64,000 nt of DNA. It comes from Paraspadella gotoi (Eukaryota > Animalia > Chaetognatha). The position numbers and the translations under genes are program-made. Shown piece after piece: positions 41,352 to 54,278 of this stretch. Every line of letters starts with the position of its first letter. Positions within the stretch are counted from its first letter, which is position 1. The notes under the pieces are model-generated. The model ran no database searches. It had not been told where the DNA came from and saw only the letters and a list, made by a program, of their open reading frames with translations. The stretch lies in assembly GCA_051294375.1 (NCBI GenBank), contig CM119270.1, positions 10,261,741 through 10,325,740 of the forward strand. Reading direction: 5' to 3'.

Positions 41352-41695
41352 GGCTAAGCGAAAGGCGAAAGAAAGAGAGAGTCGGAACAATAGATGGGAA
41401 ATGAATATTAGATGTATGTACTCTATGCTTCGGCCAGGNNNNNNNNNNNNNNNNNNNNNNNNNNNNNNNNNNNNNNNNNNNNNNNNNNNNNNNNNNNNNN
41501 NNNNNNNNNNNNNNNNNNNNNNNNNNNNNNNNNNNNNNNNNNNNNNNNNNNNNNNNNNNNNNNNNNNNNNNNNNNNNNNNNNNNNNNNNNNNNNNNNNNN
41601 NNNNNNNNNNNNNNNNNNNNNNNNNNNNNNNNNNNNNNNNNNNNNNNNNNNNNNNNNNNNNNNNNNNNNNNNNNNNNNNNNNNNNNNNNNNNNNN

Positions 41696-41729
<34 letters not shown>

Positions 41730-43388
41730 AATCGTATTTAATAAATTTCTGAAATATCGTTTTTTTTTCGTTGACTTCTATCAAAGTACACATCGAAACG
41801 AGAGAGGCGGTCTCATGACAAGCTGAAGGNNNNNNNNNNNNNNNNNNNNNNNNNNNNNNNNNNNNNNNNNNNNNNNNNNNNNNNNNNNNNNNNNNNNNNN
41901 NNNNNNNNNNNNNNNNNNNNNNNNNNNNNNNNNNNNNNNNNNNNNNNNNNNNNNNNNNNNNNNNNNNNNNNNNNNNNNNNNNNNNNNNNNNNNNNNNNNN
42001 NNNNNNNNNNNNNNNNNNNNNNNNNNNNNNNNNNNNNNNNNNNNNNNNNNNNNNNNNNNNNNNNNNNNNNNNNNNNNNNNNNNNNNNNNNNNNNNNNNNN
42101 NNNNNNNNNNNNNNNNNNNNNNNNNNNNNNNNNNNNNNNNNNNNNNNNNNAACATTTTTCTTCCTCAATTTGATGACACAATTAATCAAAAATTAAAAAA
42201 AAGAAAAAAATTTAAAAGAAAGAAAGAAAGAAAGTTATATACACTTCATTATTATTCCCTTTCGACCAAAAAAGCAACGAAAACGAAATCGCGTAAACTG
42301 ACGGAGGTTAATGAGACAGACAGAGAGAGAGAGAGACTTCGAGAGACAGAGACGGAGAGAGGCGCGAAAAGTTAATTTCGACGAATCGAATCGGGAGACG
42401 GAAACGACAGAGAGAGAGACAGATACAGCGACGTAGAGAGAGAAAGAGAAACAACGGGGTGGAAAAAAAGGTCGGGACGTGGATCGTCCTATCGGTGGGC
42501 CGATGATTCGAGACCCACCCCGCGACGGCCCCACGTCACTCCCTCTAGACCCCCCCTGAATCCGGGGCCCGGATGTGACTTTTCTCAGCAAAGATTCTTT
42601 CTTTACTTATCCCTTGATCACCAGAAATGCAGAGTGGGTCTTCAACGCGTTATCAAAGTTCAATTAAACTTCAGGACCTGACCTGATCTCATCGAACTGA
42701 CCCGATGAAATCCTTATCACCTCCCTGCTTCCTCCTTTCTCCTCACCCTCTTCCTATTCTTTCCCCTTCTCCCCTTCCTTTTAAATTTTTTAAAAGGGGT
42801 CCAAGGGTTAAAAACTCTTCGGAAAGCGGAGGCGGCGGCGGAGGCGGCGGATGCGGCGGAGGCGGCGGCGGCAACGGTTGCGGCAGTGACGGGGACGGCA
42901 GAGGTGATGGCCTGCACTGAAAGCACAAAAAGTCAAAATCGAAAAAAATAGTAATGATATACATTAAAAAAAACTTTTTTTCCCAAAAACTCGTCGTTCG
43001 CTGTAACGTAATTTTAAAAAAAATATGGAGAGAGGGCGTCACGAATATTAGAGAACTGAAGCGACGGGTTTAAAAATACTACATCCTTTGAATAACGAGA
43101 TCAATTTTTTTTTCCAAATTAAAAAAAAAAAAAAGAAAAAAGAAAATAAGAGCGGATGAAGATACAGAAACTGAGAAGGACTAATGCTATTTTTAATGCG
43201 GTCCGAGTGACACTCAGCTGAGAGCTTAGACAGAGAGAAAGAGAGAAGGGGATAAAGACGTGTCCGAGTAAGCCTTTCAAAAATCGCTCGATAACTTATC
43301 ACATTAGTTAGACAAATAGTAAATGTCAGGATTTTACCCAGAGTAACAATTGATATCCCTGCAGGAAAACGATGATGATCTTCTTCGG

Positions 43389-43517
<129 letters not shown>

Positions 43518-45001
43518 AGAGAGACAGAGAGACAGAGAGACAGAGGCGGGACAATACATAAAGAGAAGTCGGATTTACTGAAGACACCGAAATATTTCAA
43601 ATTTCAAATTATCATTTTGCGCGAATCTTTTCAAAAGATCTGTGTGCGTCGGTGTCTTCCACCCTGTGCGTGCGTGTATTTCAATTTTCGCGAGTGGGCA
43701 AGTGTCGGCGTGCATGCGTTTGTTTTTAAGGGCGTTTTAAAAGAGCAGACGGATAGAAGAGAAGGCGCGTTGAATAAATAAACATATGGAATTGTCGATT
43801 TCTTCCCTTCAAAAAATAAACCCAAACTGTCATGCCTATCATTTCTTTCGCCACCTAACGTCATCCATCTCCTACCCTCTCTCTTCTAATAACAAAGTCA
43901 AGATCTAAAAGAGAAGCGAAATAAATAATAAAGGAATGATCCCCTCTCTTTACACTCCTTCCCTCACTCGACGCCCCAATGTCATCGGAGGTCGGCCATG
44001 TTTGTTTCGATAAGGCCCTTGCAACAGCATATCGCGTGTCGTGCTCGGGGCCGACCTCGCTCCTCTAACGACAGACCCGAAGCACCCCCCCCTCAACCGA
44101 AAAAATAATTCGAGAAGGAAAGAGACAGAAGAACATCGTACTTTTTTTATACCACGCTGTCGAACGAACGAAGGACGACGACGACGACGACGATGACAGA
44201 AACAAATGCGAGGTGACGTTAATCGCAGCCTGTTGACGATTTCTTTCATATTCGTCTACTTAGGTTTCGCCGTCGACAAATGAGGATTTTCGGAAAACAT
44301 TTTTTACCCTAAAATGATTTAAATGTTGATGATAGTTAATTTTTAGTTATTGTCGTTTGTTTGTTTTAAAAATCGACGGAAGAAAGAGGTTTTTCATTTG
44401 TCCTTTCCTCGACTCGTTTCTTGTCTCCAGTCTTACTCTTTTTTTTTCACTTTAAAAAAGCTCTCTCTTTCTTCTTACACAACTGTTCCCTCTTCATCCT
44501 CCCTCATTCCTTTTTAGCTTTTCTCTCTTCTCCTTCCTCCCTTCCTTTCTCCCTTCCTACCTCCCTTCCCACCTCCCTTTCTACCTCCGTTCCTCGGTAT
44601 TGATTTTCGCTTCGGTCGCCGTCGATTTCGTGTCGAAAAAGATTCAAAATCTCGGATCGAAATAAGAAAGAAAAAAACGGGAGAGAAATAAAGAAAAAAA
44701 AATTCCTCTAAAAAAAAGAAAAGATGGGGAAATGAATTTCGCTCCTGGAGCGGATGTCGAAAGGAGCAACCGCCAGAAATGGAGCTGAAAAGGGGGACAG
44801 GTGGTTGCGAAAGGTGGGAATCAATGGAACGGACTGTAAAAAGAGCATCGAAAAGGGGGAGGAGAAATATTAAAGCGCTCGGGATTTCTGTGCGTGGGGG
44901 TTGGGTGGGACAGGAGGTCGAAGTTGTCGCACCCGGAATTCAAGTCTTAATGGTCTCTGCCCACAAATGGATTCGAAAAAAGGTTTTTTTTTCTTCAATT
45001 A

Positions 45002-45120
<119 letters not shown>

Positions 45121-46059
45121 GACATGCCCGGGAGCCAATTAGCCACATTTTTCCTCTTATTCTCCTTTCATCATCCCCGGGCTCCGCTTGTCAACGTCCG
45201 TGATAAAAAGATTCATAAAAGAGTTTAAAAAACAGACATAAAAAATTGGGTACAAATAGTTACAATTAACATTTTAAAATGAATACTATATCGAAAAACA
45301 TTTTATTTAAGAATTTGTAAAATGAGATGAAATATAATGGAGACGTTGATGTCATGTTGAGTTATTGATAACCAGATTTTTTGCATTCTGACTTTTAATT
45401 TAATCTTTTTTTTTTCAATTCTCTTATGATCCATTCAACTGTTTCTTTTTTTTTCTATTCTCTTTCTGTTACGAACTCTCTCACCCCATCTTATCCTCCG
45501 TCACCTCTCCCTCTCTTTCTTCCTCTCCCTCCCTCTCGTCATCTCATATGCCGGACATAATGGTAGCTTGGAATCTGCCGATTTCGTGTCGATATTTGAC
45601 GGGGCGGATCCTACCGGTAGGGGGAGGTGGAATAGGAGAAGGGGGAAGGAAGAAGAAGGGGCGTTGCTAGAGGAGAGGGGGGGCGTGCCTAGTCATGTCA
45701 ATATCTGATTAGCGCCGGGGTCGTCGTCAATACCCGGGACGAATGAGAAAGAAAGAAGAAAAAAAAAGAAAAACTTTTTATTTTAGACGAAATGTTTGCC
45801 TAAAAGACAATAAATATCAACCGACTCAATAACAAAAACTACTAAGTATAGAAACATAAGAATAAAGTAACAATGCTTAATTCTAAATTTCTTCAACAAA
45901 AAACGATGTCATTTGAAAAAAAAAATCAAAGGCAAGGGTCTTTGAGTTTTTCGTCTCTTTCTCCATGAGTCGGCAGGAAAGAAAAAAAAACCCGAGAAGC
46001 TGAAAGTGAGTTGATGCAGTTCTCTGATAGAAAAGCAATGAGTTCCTTGCCAGTCAGCA

Positions 46060-46169
<110 letters not shown>

Positions 46170-46377
46170 GCGGTTTCTTTCTCCTTTTTCGAGATGCTAC
46201 TTCCTTTATCCTTTCTCGTCGACATCGTCGCTGTCATCGTCATCATCGTCATCATTTCCTGTATTCAAATTTTCGTGTATTTTTTTTCGATCTTGTTTCG
46301 CTACATTTCTTCCTTCTGATTTTCCGCCGTCATCATCCTACTTCTTATGTTTCTATTTTCAAACATTACTTTTCCGT

Positions 46378-46552
46378 TCCTCCTTCCTCCTCTCACTCTC
46401 TCCTTTATCGCTTCCTCCTTCCTCCTTCCTCCTCCTCTCACTCTCTCCTTTATCGCTCTCTCCTTCCTCCTTCCTCTCACTCTCTCCTTTATCGCTTCCT
46501 TCTTCCTCCTTCTTCCTCCTCTCACTCTCTCTTTTATCGCTTCCTCCTTCCT
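46378..46552. repeat. ~40-48-bp polypyrimidine minisatellite, 4 copies (core ctctcactctctcctttatcgct)
   Basis: The core is visible four times, separated by variable (cct/tcct) runs. Confidence 0.88.
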
Positions 46553-47031
46553 CTTTTCTCCTACCCCTCTTCATCCCAATCGTCGGCTGCTCTTTCCTCT
46601 CTTCATATCTTCTCTCATTTCAGGGTTATCTTTTGCTGCGTGCTGAGGTTCTCAAAGACGCTCGCATCGTCGTCTTCGGTTTCTGAGAATGAGAAAAGAT
46701 AAACAAGAAAAATAAACAACAGATATGAAGGTAGAAACAGTTTACCGATCCACCTTGCGAAAAGAGAGAATACACCTTTTACCTGCTCACCCTCTCTTCC
46801 TTTCTCTGTCTCTATCTCTCGCTCTCCCCTCTCTCTTTTTTTTATTCTCTCGCTCTTATCATTTGAATTTTTTTGGCAGAGCTATTGGCGCAAAGGAGGG
46901 GGAGGGGGAGCGAGCCGAGTTTAAGAAGAGAGGGAGGCAAGAGGTCGAGCCTCAAAGAGTTCGGTGGCTGCAGATTCGAATTTGCGTTTTTATCTGGCGA
47001 CAGTAGATGCAATTTTTTTGCAAGAAGGGAG

Positions 47032-47087
<56 letters not shown>

Positions 47088-47373
47088 TCTAAAAATAGAA
47101 GCGTCGACAAAGTCTTTCTTTCCAGACTCGACGAGTCGTCGATGGAATCTTGATGGAATATCGACCAGCGCATCGGGCGGGCGGACGGGCACTTGGGTGG
47201 GTGTGCGGGTAGAGCGTGGGTGGGCGTTTGAATGGGTGCATCAATATTATACTGTCGCTAAATACAACTTGGTCGAAATTTAAATAATTTGTTGAAGAGT
47301 CTGGGAGCCTAGTTCTAGTTTCTCGACATTCAGTATCTCCCATCACACTCACCAAATTCATTTTTTAACATAA

Positions 47374-47769
47374 ACATTCACTCTCCACCCTCCACATTCA
47401 TTCACCACCCTCCACATTCACTCTCCACCCTCCNNNNNNNNNNNNNNNNNNNNNNNNNNNNNNNNNNNNNNNNNNNNNNNNNNNNNNNNNNNNNNNNNNN
47501 NNNNNNNNNNNNNNNNNNNNNNNNNNNNNNNNNNNNNNNNNNNNNNNNNNNNNNNNNNNNNNNNNNNNNNNNNNNNNNNNNNNNNNNNNNNNNNNNNNNN
47601 NNNNNNNNNNNNNNNNNNNNNNNNNNNNNNNNNNNNNNNNNNNNNNNATCCACATTCATTCACCACCCTCCACATTCTCTCACCACCCTCCACATTTACT
47701 CTCCACCCTCCAAATTCACTCTCCACCCTCCAAATTCACTCTCCACCTTCCACATTCACTCTCCACCCT
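47374..47769. repeat. 20-bp minisatellite (acattcactctccaccctcc)n spanning an N gap
   Basis: 3 units before and ~6 after the gap at 47434-47647. Confidence 0.92.
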
Positions 47770-49766
47770 GTTCACTCCCCCACCAATTTTTCCAAATGGT
47801 TTTTCTTTCTCTTTTTCTTTCTCTTTTTCAACTCTTGTTCCTTTTTTTTGCTTCGAAGGACAAAATGTCAGATGTCATCTTCAAGGAAAAAATAAGGCAA
47901 AAAAGGCGCTCTCTCTCTCTCTCTCTCTCTCNNNNNNNNNNNNNNNNNNNNNNNNNNNNNNNNNNNNNNNNNNNNNNNNNNNNNNNNNNNNNNNNNNNNN
48001 NNNNNNNNNNNNNNNNNNNNNNNNNNNNNNNNNNNNNNNNNNNNNNNNNNNNNNNNNNNNNNNNNNNNNNNNNNNNNNNNNNNNNNNNNNNNNNNNNNNN
48101 NNNNNNNNNNCTCGCCGGCCTATTTTGTTTCCCTTCACATTGGTTAGGCTCTCTCTCTTCTACATTTTTGAAGTATTTTGTGAGTAATCGAAATAACTCC
48201 CATTTATAAAATTTAAACAACTTGTAAAAATCCTTGCATTAAAATCATAATTTTTTTCTTATGTCAAAATGGAATTAGCTAAGAATCACAGACGTGGCCA
48301 GAAGTAAATGAAAAAGTATAAGATTTATAACTGAAAAGTACGTTTTCATTAATTATAATTGACTGTCTGGTATTATATTTATATTATATTATATTTTTGA
48401 CATCTCACCCTTGAAACTCATTGAAAGTTATATTTCATAGTTTCTTATGAATTAGTTTATAACATTTTATTAATGATTCCATTTTAAATTAGTTAAAAAA
48501 ATACTCTCTTTAAGGAAAATCACGAGTTCATCATCAAGTTACGAATATTTTTAATCCTTCTATCTCCTTCTTTTCTCTTCCTCTTCCTCTTCCTCCTACC
48601 TTCTCGCTCGATCTCGCACAAAAAAACGTCCAAATATTGTTATCTTCGTCGCCCAAGGATAATAACGAGCTGGCCACACGAATTGGGAGCCTCCGTGCGG
48701 ACAACCTCGTTATTTTTATTTTGGTTGTTGTACCTCCTCCGATTTCCTCACTCCTCCTCCTCCTCCTCCCCCTCCTCCTCATTCCTTTCTCCCCTTCCTC
48801 CGGACATCGGTTGACGTCGTCGTTGGTTTTTTTCAAGTATTTTGACAGAAAACAAGAATCGTTTATTCAGTTTTTCGGAATCGAGTATCANNNNNNNNNN
48901 NNNNNNNNNNNNNNNNNNNNNNNNNNNNNNNNNNNNNNNNNNNNNNNNNNNNNNNNNNNNNNNNNNNNNNNNNNNNNNNNNNNNNNNNNNNNNNNNNNNN
49001 NNNNNNNNNNNNNNNNNNNNNNNNNNNNNNNNNNNNNNNNNNNNNNNNNNNNNGACAAATGAACCCGAGTTGTGTTTTGATATGTTGATAAATGATCCTG
49101 GTTAAGGTTTTAGGGAGAAAAGAAGAAAAGAGAGAGAGAGGAGAGAGAGAAATTGTTTTACTCTGGAGAAATCGGCGCTTGTCTCTCATTTCCGATTTTT
49201 GAACCGAGTCGATGGACGGAGAAAAAAAACCGAGGATAGACAAAACAGTTGGCAGAGACAAAAAAAGACAGTTGGCAAAGAGAGAACGAGAAATACATAA
49301 CTTTTGAGCGAAGATTGACTTCGTCCCCGGATGATGAGAACAAATTATTTCTCCCGTAAAATATTGAAGATATCCTCGCATGANNNNNNNNNNNNNNNNN
49401 NNNNNNNNNNNNNNNNNNNNNNNNNNNNNNNNNNNNNNNNNNNNNNNNNNNNNNNNNNNNNNNNNNNNNNNNNNNNNNNNNNNNNNNNNNNNNNNNNNNN
49501 NNNNNNNNNNNNNNNNNNNNNNNNNNNNNNNNNNNNNNNNNNNNNNNNNNNNNNNNNNNNNNNNNNNNNNGAGAGAGAGAGAAGTTTTAAAGCAATAATA
49601 ATGAATCTCTCCACTGTACATAACAATATAGTAGAATCTTATGAGAACATGAGTATTTTTTTTTGGATTCCATTAATATGAATATATATTTTAAAGACAA
49701 TATTATTAAAACCAAACACAAACTCAACAACCATCTTCCCCCCCCCTGTTCCTCTCTTCCTTCCAG

Positions 49767-49938
49767 CCCGGCGCCCGCCCTCCTTCCTCAACGGGCCTTC
49801 CCTCCGGCGCGTTCACCCCCGGCGCCGATGACGCCCAATCAACTCACTCCTCCGACACCCCCGGCCCCCAAATCACCAACCCCGCCTCCCACGGGGGCAT
49901 GCACGGCGACACCGCCTCCGAAACCGGCGGCATCTACA
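49767..49938 (+). CDS. hth: Internal coding exon of a Meis/homothorax (TALE homeobox) gene; linker between the MEINOX/HM domain and the homeodomain
   Basis: A polypyrimidine tract plus AG acceptor (ctgttcctctcttccttccag) and a consensus donor (A|gtgagt) enclose 172 nt (phase 0 in, phase 1 out). Translation is PGARPPSSTGLPSGAFTPGADDAQSTHSSDTPGPQITNPASHGGMHGDTASETGGIY. From memory this matches vertebrate Meis2 [31 protein letters not shown] and Drosophila Hth RPPSSSLSYGGAMNDDARSPGAGSTPGP. No other exon of the gene was recognised in the window. Confidence 0.82.
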
Positions 49939-49944
49939 GTGAGT

Positions 49945-50050
49945 ACATTCATTCATTCTTTTATTTATACATTCACTCGTTTATACATTCATTTGTTCGT
50001 AGATTCAATGATTCATTCATTTATTTTTTTATTCATTCATTCATTCATTT
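49945..50050 (+). promoter_or_regulatory. YCAY cluster (10 motifs) immediately downstream of the Meis/hth exon donor; candidate Nova/Pasilla intronic splicing element
   Basis: 9 TCAT plus 1 TCAC within ~105 nt, starting about 10 nt after the GT. Confidence 0.35.
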
Positions 50051-50783
50051 ATTATTCCTGTCCTGTACTTGCTTTTCTTTACCTTATGCTTTTAGGCTCT
50101 CTTTTGTCTGTTTGTTCATTATGTGTTTGATGAATTTCTTTTTTTTAATTTAGAGTTTCTTAAGTAATTCCTAGGCGTCGGGAGCTTCTTTTGTTTTACA
50201 GTTTTTCTATAATTGTCTATAGAGCGAATGTGCCTTTAAGGCTGAGGCACTGAGAAAGAAGAGGGAGCCTGGNNNNNNNNNNNNNNNNNNNNNNNNNNNN
50301 NNNNNNNNNNNNNNNNNNNNNNNNNNNNNNNNNNNNNNNNNNNNNNNNNNNNNNNNNNNNNNNNNNNNNNNNNNNNNNNNNNNNNNNNNNNNNNNNNNNN
50401 NNNNNNNNNNNNNNNNNNNNNNNNNNNNNNNNNNNNNNNNNNNNNNNNNNNNNNNNNNNNNNNNNNNNNNNNNNNNNNNNNNNNNNNNNNNNNNNNNNNN
50501 NNNNNNNNNNNNNNNNNNNNNNNNNNNNNNNNNNNNNNNNNTTCCAATTAACTCTGCATCTCACGTGAGGAAGCTAAAAGACAAATATAATGAGGACAAC
50601 AAATTAAAAGCAGAATATTGACATTCGGGGAAGCAAAAAGGAATGGGGAAAGAAAGAACAAGAAATAAAAAGAAAAAGATAAGGAAAGAAAGAAAAAATA
50701 AAGAAAGAAATAAAAATAGAAAAACAAAAAGAAAGAAAAAAATAAAGAAAGAAAAAAAGAAAGAAAGAAAAAAAAAAGAAAGT

Positions 50784-50827
<44 letters not shown>

Positions 50828-51334
50828 AAATAATAAGCAAGATAAGAGAGAGAGAGAGAGAGAGATAGAGATATAGAGAGATAGAGAGAGAGAGAGAGAG
50901 AAAGAGAGAGAATCTCTTCCACCTCCACGGTCCTCACGAGTTGTGGTCTGCGTTTCCTTTTTCTCGACTTAATTAGTTTTTTTTCATCTGTTTTTTACAT
51001 ACTGAGCAATCTCTTTTTTTCTCTTTTAGTTCTTCTTTTTGTTTGTTAGTTTTTCACTATACTATACAAAAGGTTATCTTAAATACCTAGTAATAGATAA
51101 GAATACGATTTTACAACGCTTGATAATTTCTCGGTTACAAAACTTTTTTTTCGACAATAATTTTATTTTAATTCTTACTTCTTACTTCTTACTTCTTACT
51201 CCTATTAACAGTTTTTATTAAGTTCAGTATATTTATTTTCATGTATAGTGATGAGGGCTGAGTAAAAACGAGAGAAAAATGAACAAAATCTAAAAGTTTC
51301 GTCGGGCCCGCGTGTCGCCGCGGAGGAGCCGACG

Positions 51335-51460
51335 AACGAACGAAAGAACAAACGAAAGAACAAACGAAAGAACAAACGAAAGAACAAACGAAAGAACAAA
51401 CGAAAGAACAAACGTAAAAACAAACAAAAGAACAAATGTAAAAACAAAGGAAAGAACAAA
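51335..51460. repeat. 12-bp tandem repeat (aacgaaagaaca)n, ~9-10 copies, degenerating 3'
   Basis: Directly visible; produces the RTNE-repeat ORF. Confidence 0.92.
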
Positions 51461-51752
51461 TCTAAATTTGAGCGAAAGTCGGGTTGAAAACCTAAAAGGG
51501 GGAAATTCGAGAAGTAAAAAAATAAGAAAAAAAACTTTGTAATTCTTATTGATGTTTGTTTTTTTCTTTTATACATTTCTATTTCTTTGTTTATTTCTTT
51601 CTTTTTTAGTTCTTTTCTTATATTTTCTTTTCTTCTTTCATTCGACTCTTTTTATTTCTTTATGTTCTTTTGTTGTCGGTGTTTGACTCTTAGTCTCCCC
51701 CAACATTCGTCCTTCCTCTGCCCCGCCCACTCGCCGAGACGGCGCCTTAAAG

Positions 51753-51784
<32 letters not shown>

Positions 51785-52106
51785 AAGCGATGTCGACGAC
51801 CGCCGACTGGAGACGTCAGATTCTTTAATTTGTTGACTCCTTGTGTTTACTTAAGATTCAAACAATTAAAATTAAGAATGAAAAGGAATAAAAAAGATTG
51901 GAGACTGAAAGAAGTTGGAAAAAGTATAACTGTTTAAAGCGTTAAAACTATTTGAACTATTTTAAAATTAAATTCTGTCATGCTTCAGTTTATCATTTTT
52001 TTTGGTAATTTTTTTTAAGTATGCGACATAATTAAATTAAATTAAAATTGAAGGACATTATTTTTATCAAAATTAGAAAAGCGAGTAATTTTAAGTTCAT
52101 ATTTTT

Positions 52107-52159
<53 letters not shown>

Positions 52160-52547
52160 TTCTCTCTCTCTTTCTCTCTCTCTTTCTCTCGTTCGCTGTC
52201 GGCGTTTTATTGCCAGTTGTAACTTTTGATTCAAAATCCCATAAGTACCCTGTTGCCCACGGTGGGTCGTCGTCATCATCATCATCATTATTATCGTCGT
52301 CAAGCCTCTAGCACATGCCGTCAACATCAAAGACGACACGTAAAACTGTCCATTCAAAAATAAAACTTTTTAACATGAAAATGCGAAGCGAATCTACTTC
52401 GAGCTCCCGAGTTTTGAAAACGAACTTTTGAAGTTTTTTTATTTTTTTTATTTTAAGGAATGTTTAGAAATTCTAATGAAATAGACAGATCAAACAAATT
52501 TTAAAAAGCATCATGAAAAATCGCTTATAAATTTTGAAGAAGAGTTC

Positions 52548-52623
<76 letters not shown>

Positions 52624-54223
52624 ATCGTCAGTTTTTATCGAGTTGGTCGTTTGACGGATTTCGGCCGATCTCGGATTCTTTTGCCCCTTCGCCGCGCCTT
52701 TCCCCTCCCTCCTCCTTTTCCTGCTTCTCCCCTACTTCCCCCCTTCCTACCCTCCGCCTTTTCCTTTCCCCCCCCTCCCCTCTCTCTCTCCCTTCCCTCC
52801 CTCCCCTCACTCGATATGTTTTCTGTTTCTTCTTCTTCAGTAACAAACTTTTCCTTGTTATCAAAATAAAAGAGAGAAAATATTTTCATTTTTTATCTCC
52901 GATCTGGAAGCGGAGTAAATCTGCGGAGAGAGTGAAAGAGAGAGCGAGAGAGCGAGAGAAAGAATGAGGGAGAGCGAGTGAGTTTATCGATATTTTGTTT
53001 CTGCTCGCAAAATTTTCGGTTAATAAGTTTTTTACCCTTTTCTGACTTCTTTTCATAAGATGATAAGCGAATAATAAATCTTTAGCTTTAGTAATCTTTA
53101 GTATAGAAGCTGCCAAAATAAAGGATTATTTAACGCAAGTCGAAATAACCATGTTAAACTTACCAAAATCGATAGCGAAATGATTTCAATCTTTAGTATT
53201 TCGGAAGCTGTTGTCTTCATTTTCGGCTTCATGACTGATTTTTTAAACAATTTTCCTCTCATCTTTTATCTCTAAATATTTCGACACTTTTCCCTCTCCT
53301 TTTTTCGTTCACCAATTTCGTCCTAATTTCACTCTCTCTCTCTCTCTGTCTCCGGTTGTGGTGCCCAATTTTCGTTTTTTAGCCCCTGGCGTCAACTATT
53401 CTGTGTTTTTTCTTTTCCTCCTCCGCTTCCTCCTCCTCCTCCTCCTTTTTTTTCGCTCCTTTGACTTTTTCTTCTTCGAAGGACAAAGGGACCAAAAGAC
53501 CTTCTTTACCTTTCACGGGGGCATCGCGAGGCCAGAAAAAAGTGGACGAGGACGACGAAGGCGACGACGACGACGACGACGACGATGACGACGACGACGA
53601 CGACCCTTATCGTTTAACTTCCAGTTCGAATGTCATCCTCGAGGTCCGTGGGATATCTTTTTCTCTTTCGCATTTCTTTTCCTTTTTTTCGATTTTTCTT
53701 TCTTTTTATCTGTGACTTTTCGATTCTATTTTAGGACTGGATTAACCCTCCTGGCTATCAAAGCTTATGTTGATATTAAATGAACGAACAGCAAGATGCA
53801 GACACAACGACACGAGTACCAAGACGAAGAGCAGAGAGACGAGGAGATAAAAGTCAGAAGAGGATGAGGAACGACAAACAGAACTGCTACAGGAATGAAC
53901 AACACAGACCAGAGAGACCTTACCCAAATGACCGAGAGAGACAAGACAGAGAACAGAGAAAGAGCCAGAGAATTGAAGTACGAATGAGCAGAGACCAGAC
54001 GGAGAACAACAGGCATGAAACGAGTTCTCGTCAGGCGGGGGGGGATTTACACTCATATATTTCCATGTTCTTATTTTTTTTATTTGATTTTGATTCTTTT
54101 ATGATTCTAGATTTTTGATTTTTGGGGGAAAATGCAAAATGAATAGTCTCTCTCTCTCTCATCTCTTTATTCTTCTGCCTCTTCTTCTCTTGTTCTCCTC
54201 GTCTCTTCCTCTCCCTCTCTCTC

Positions 54224-54278
<55 letters not shown>

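Noticed and set aside
49663-50130. 155-aa Pro-rich ORF (PPPCSSLPSSPAPA...)
   Set aside because: Wrong frame over the Meis/hth exon; the splice-defined frame gives the conserved peptide.
53780-54118. Charged 112-aa ORF (MNEQQDADTT...)
   Set aside because: Purine-skewed sequence resembling a low-quality read through a GA tract (likewise the pyrimidine-skewed 61950-62270); no homology recognised.
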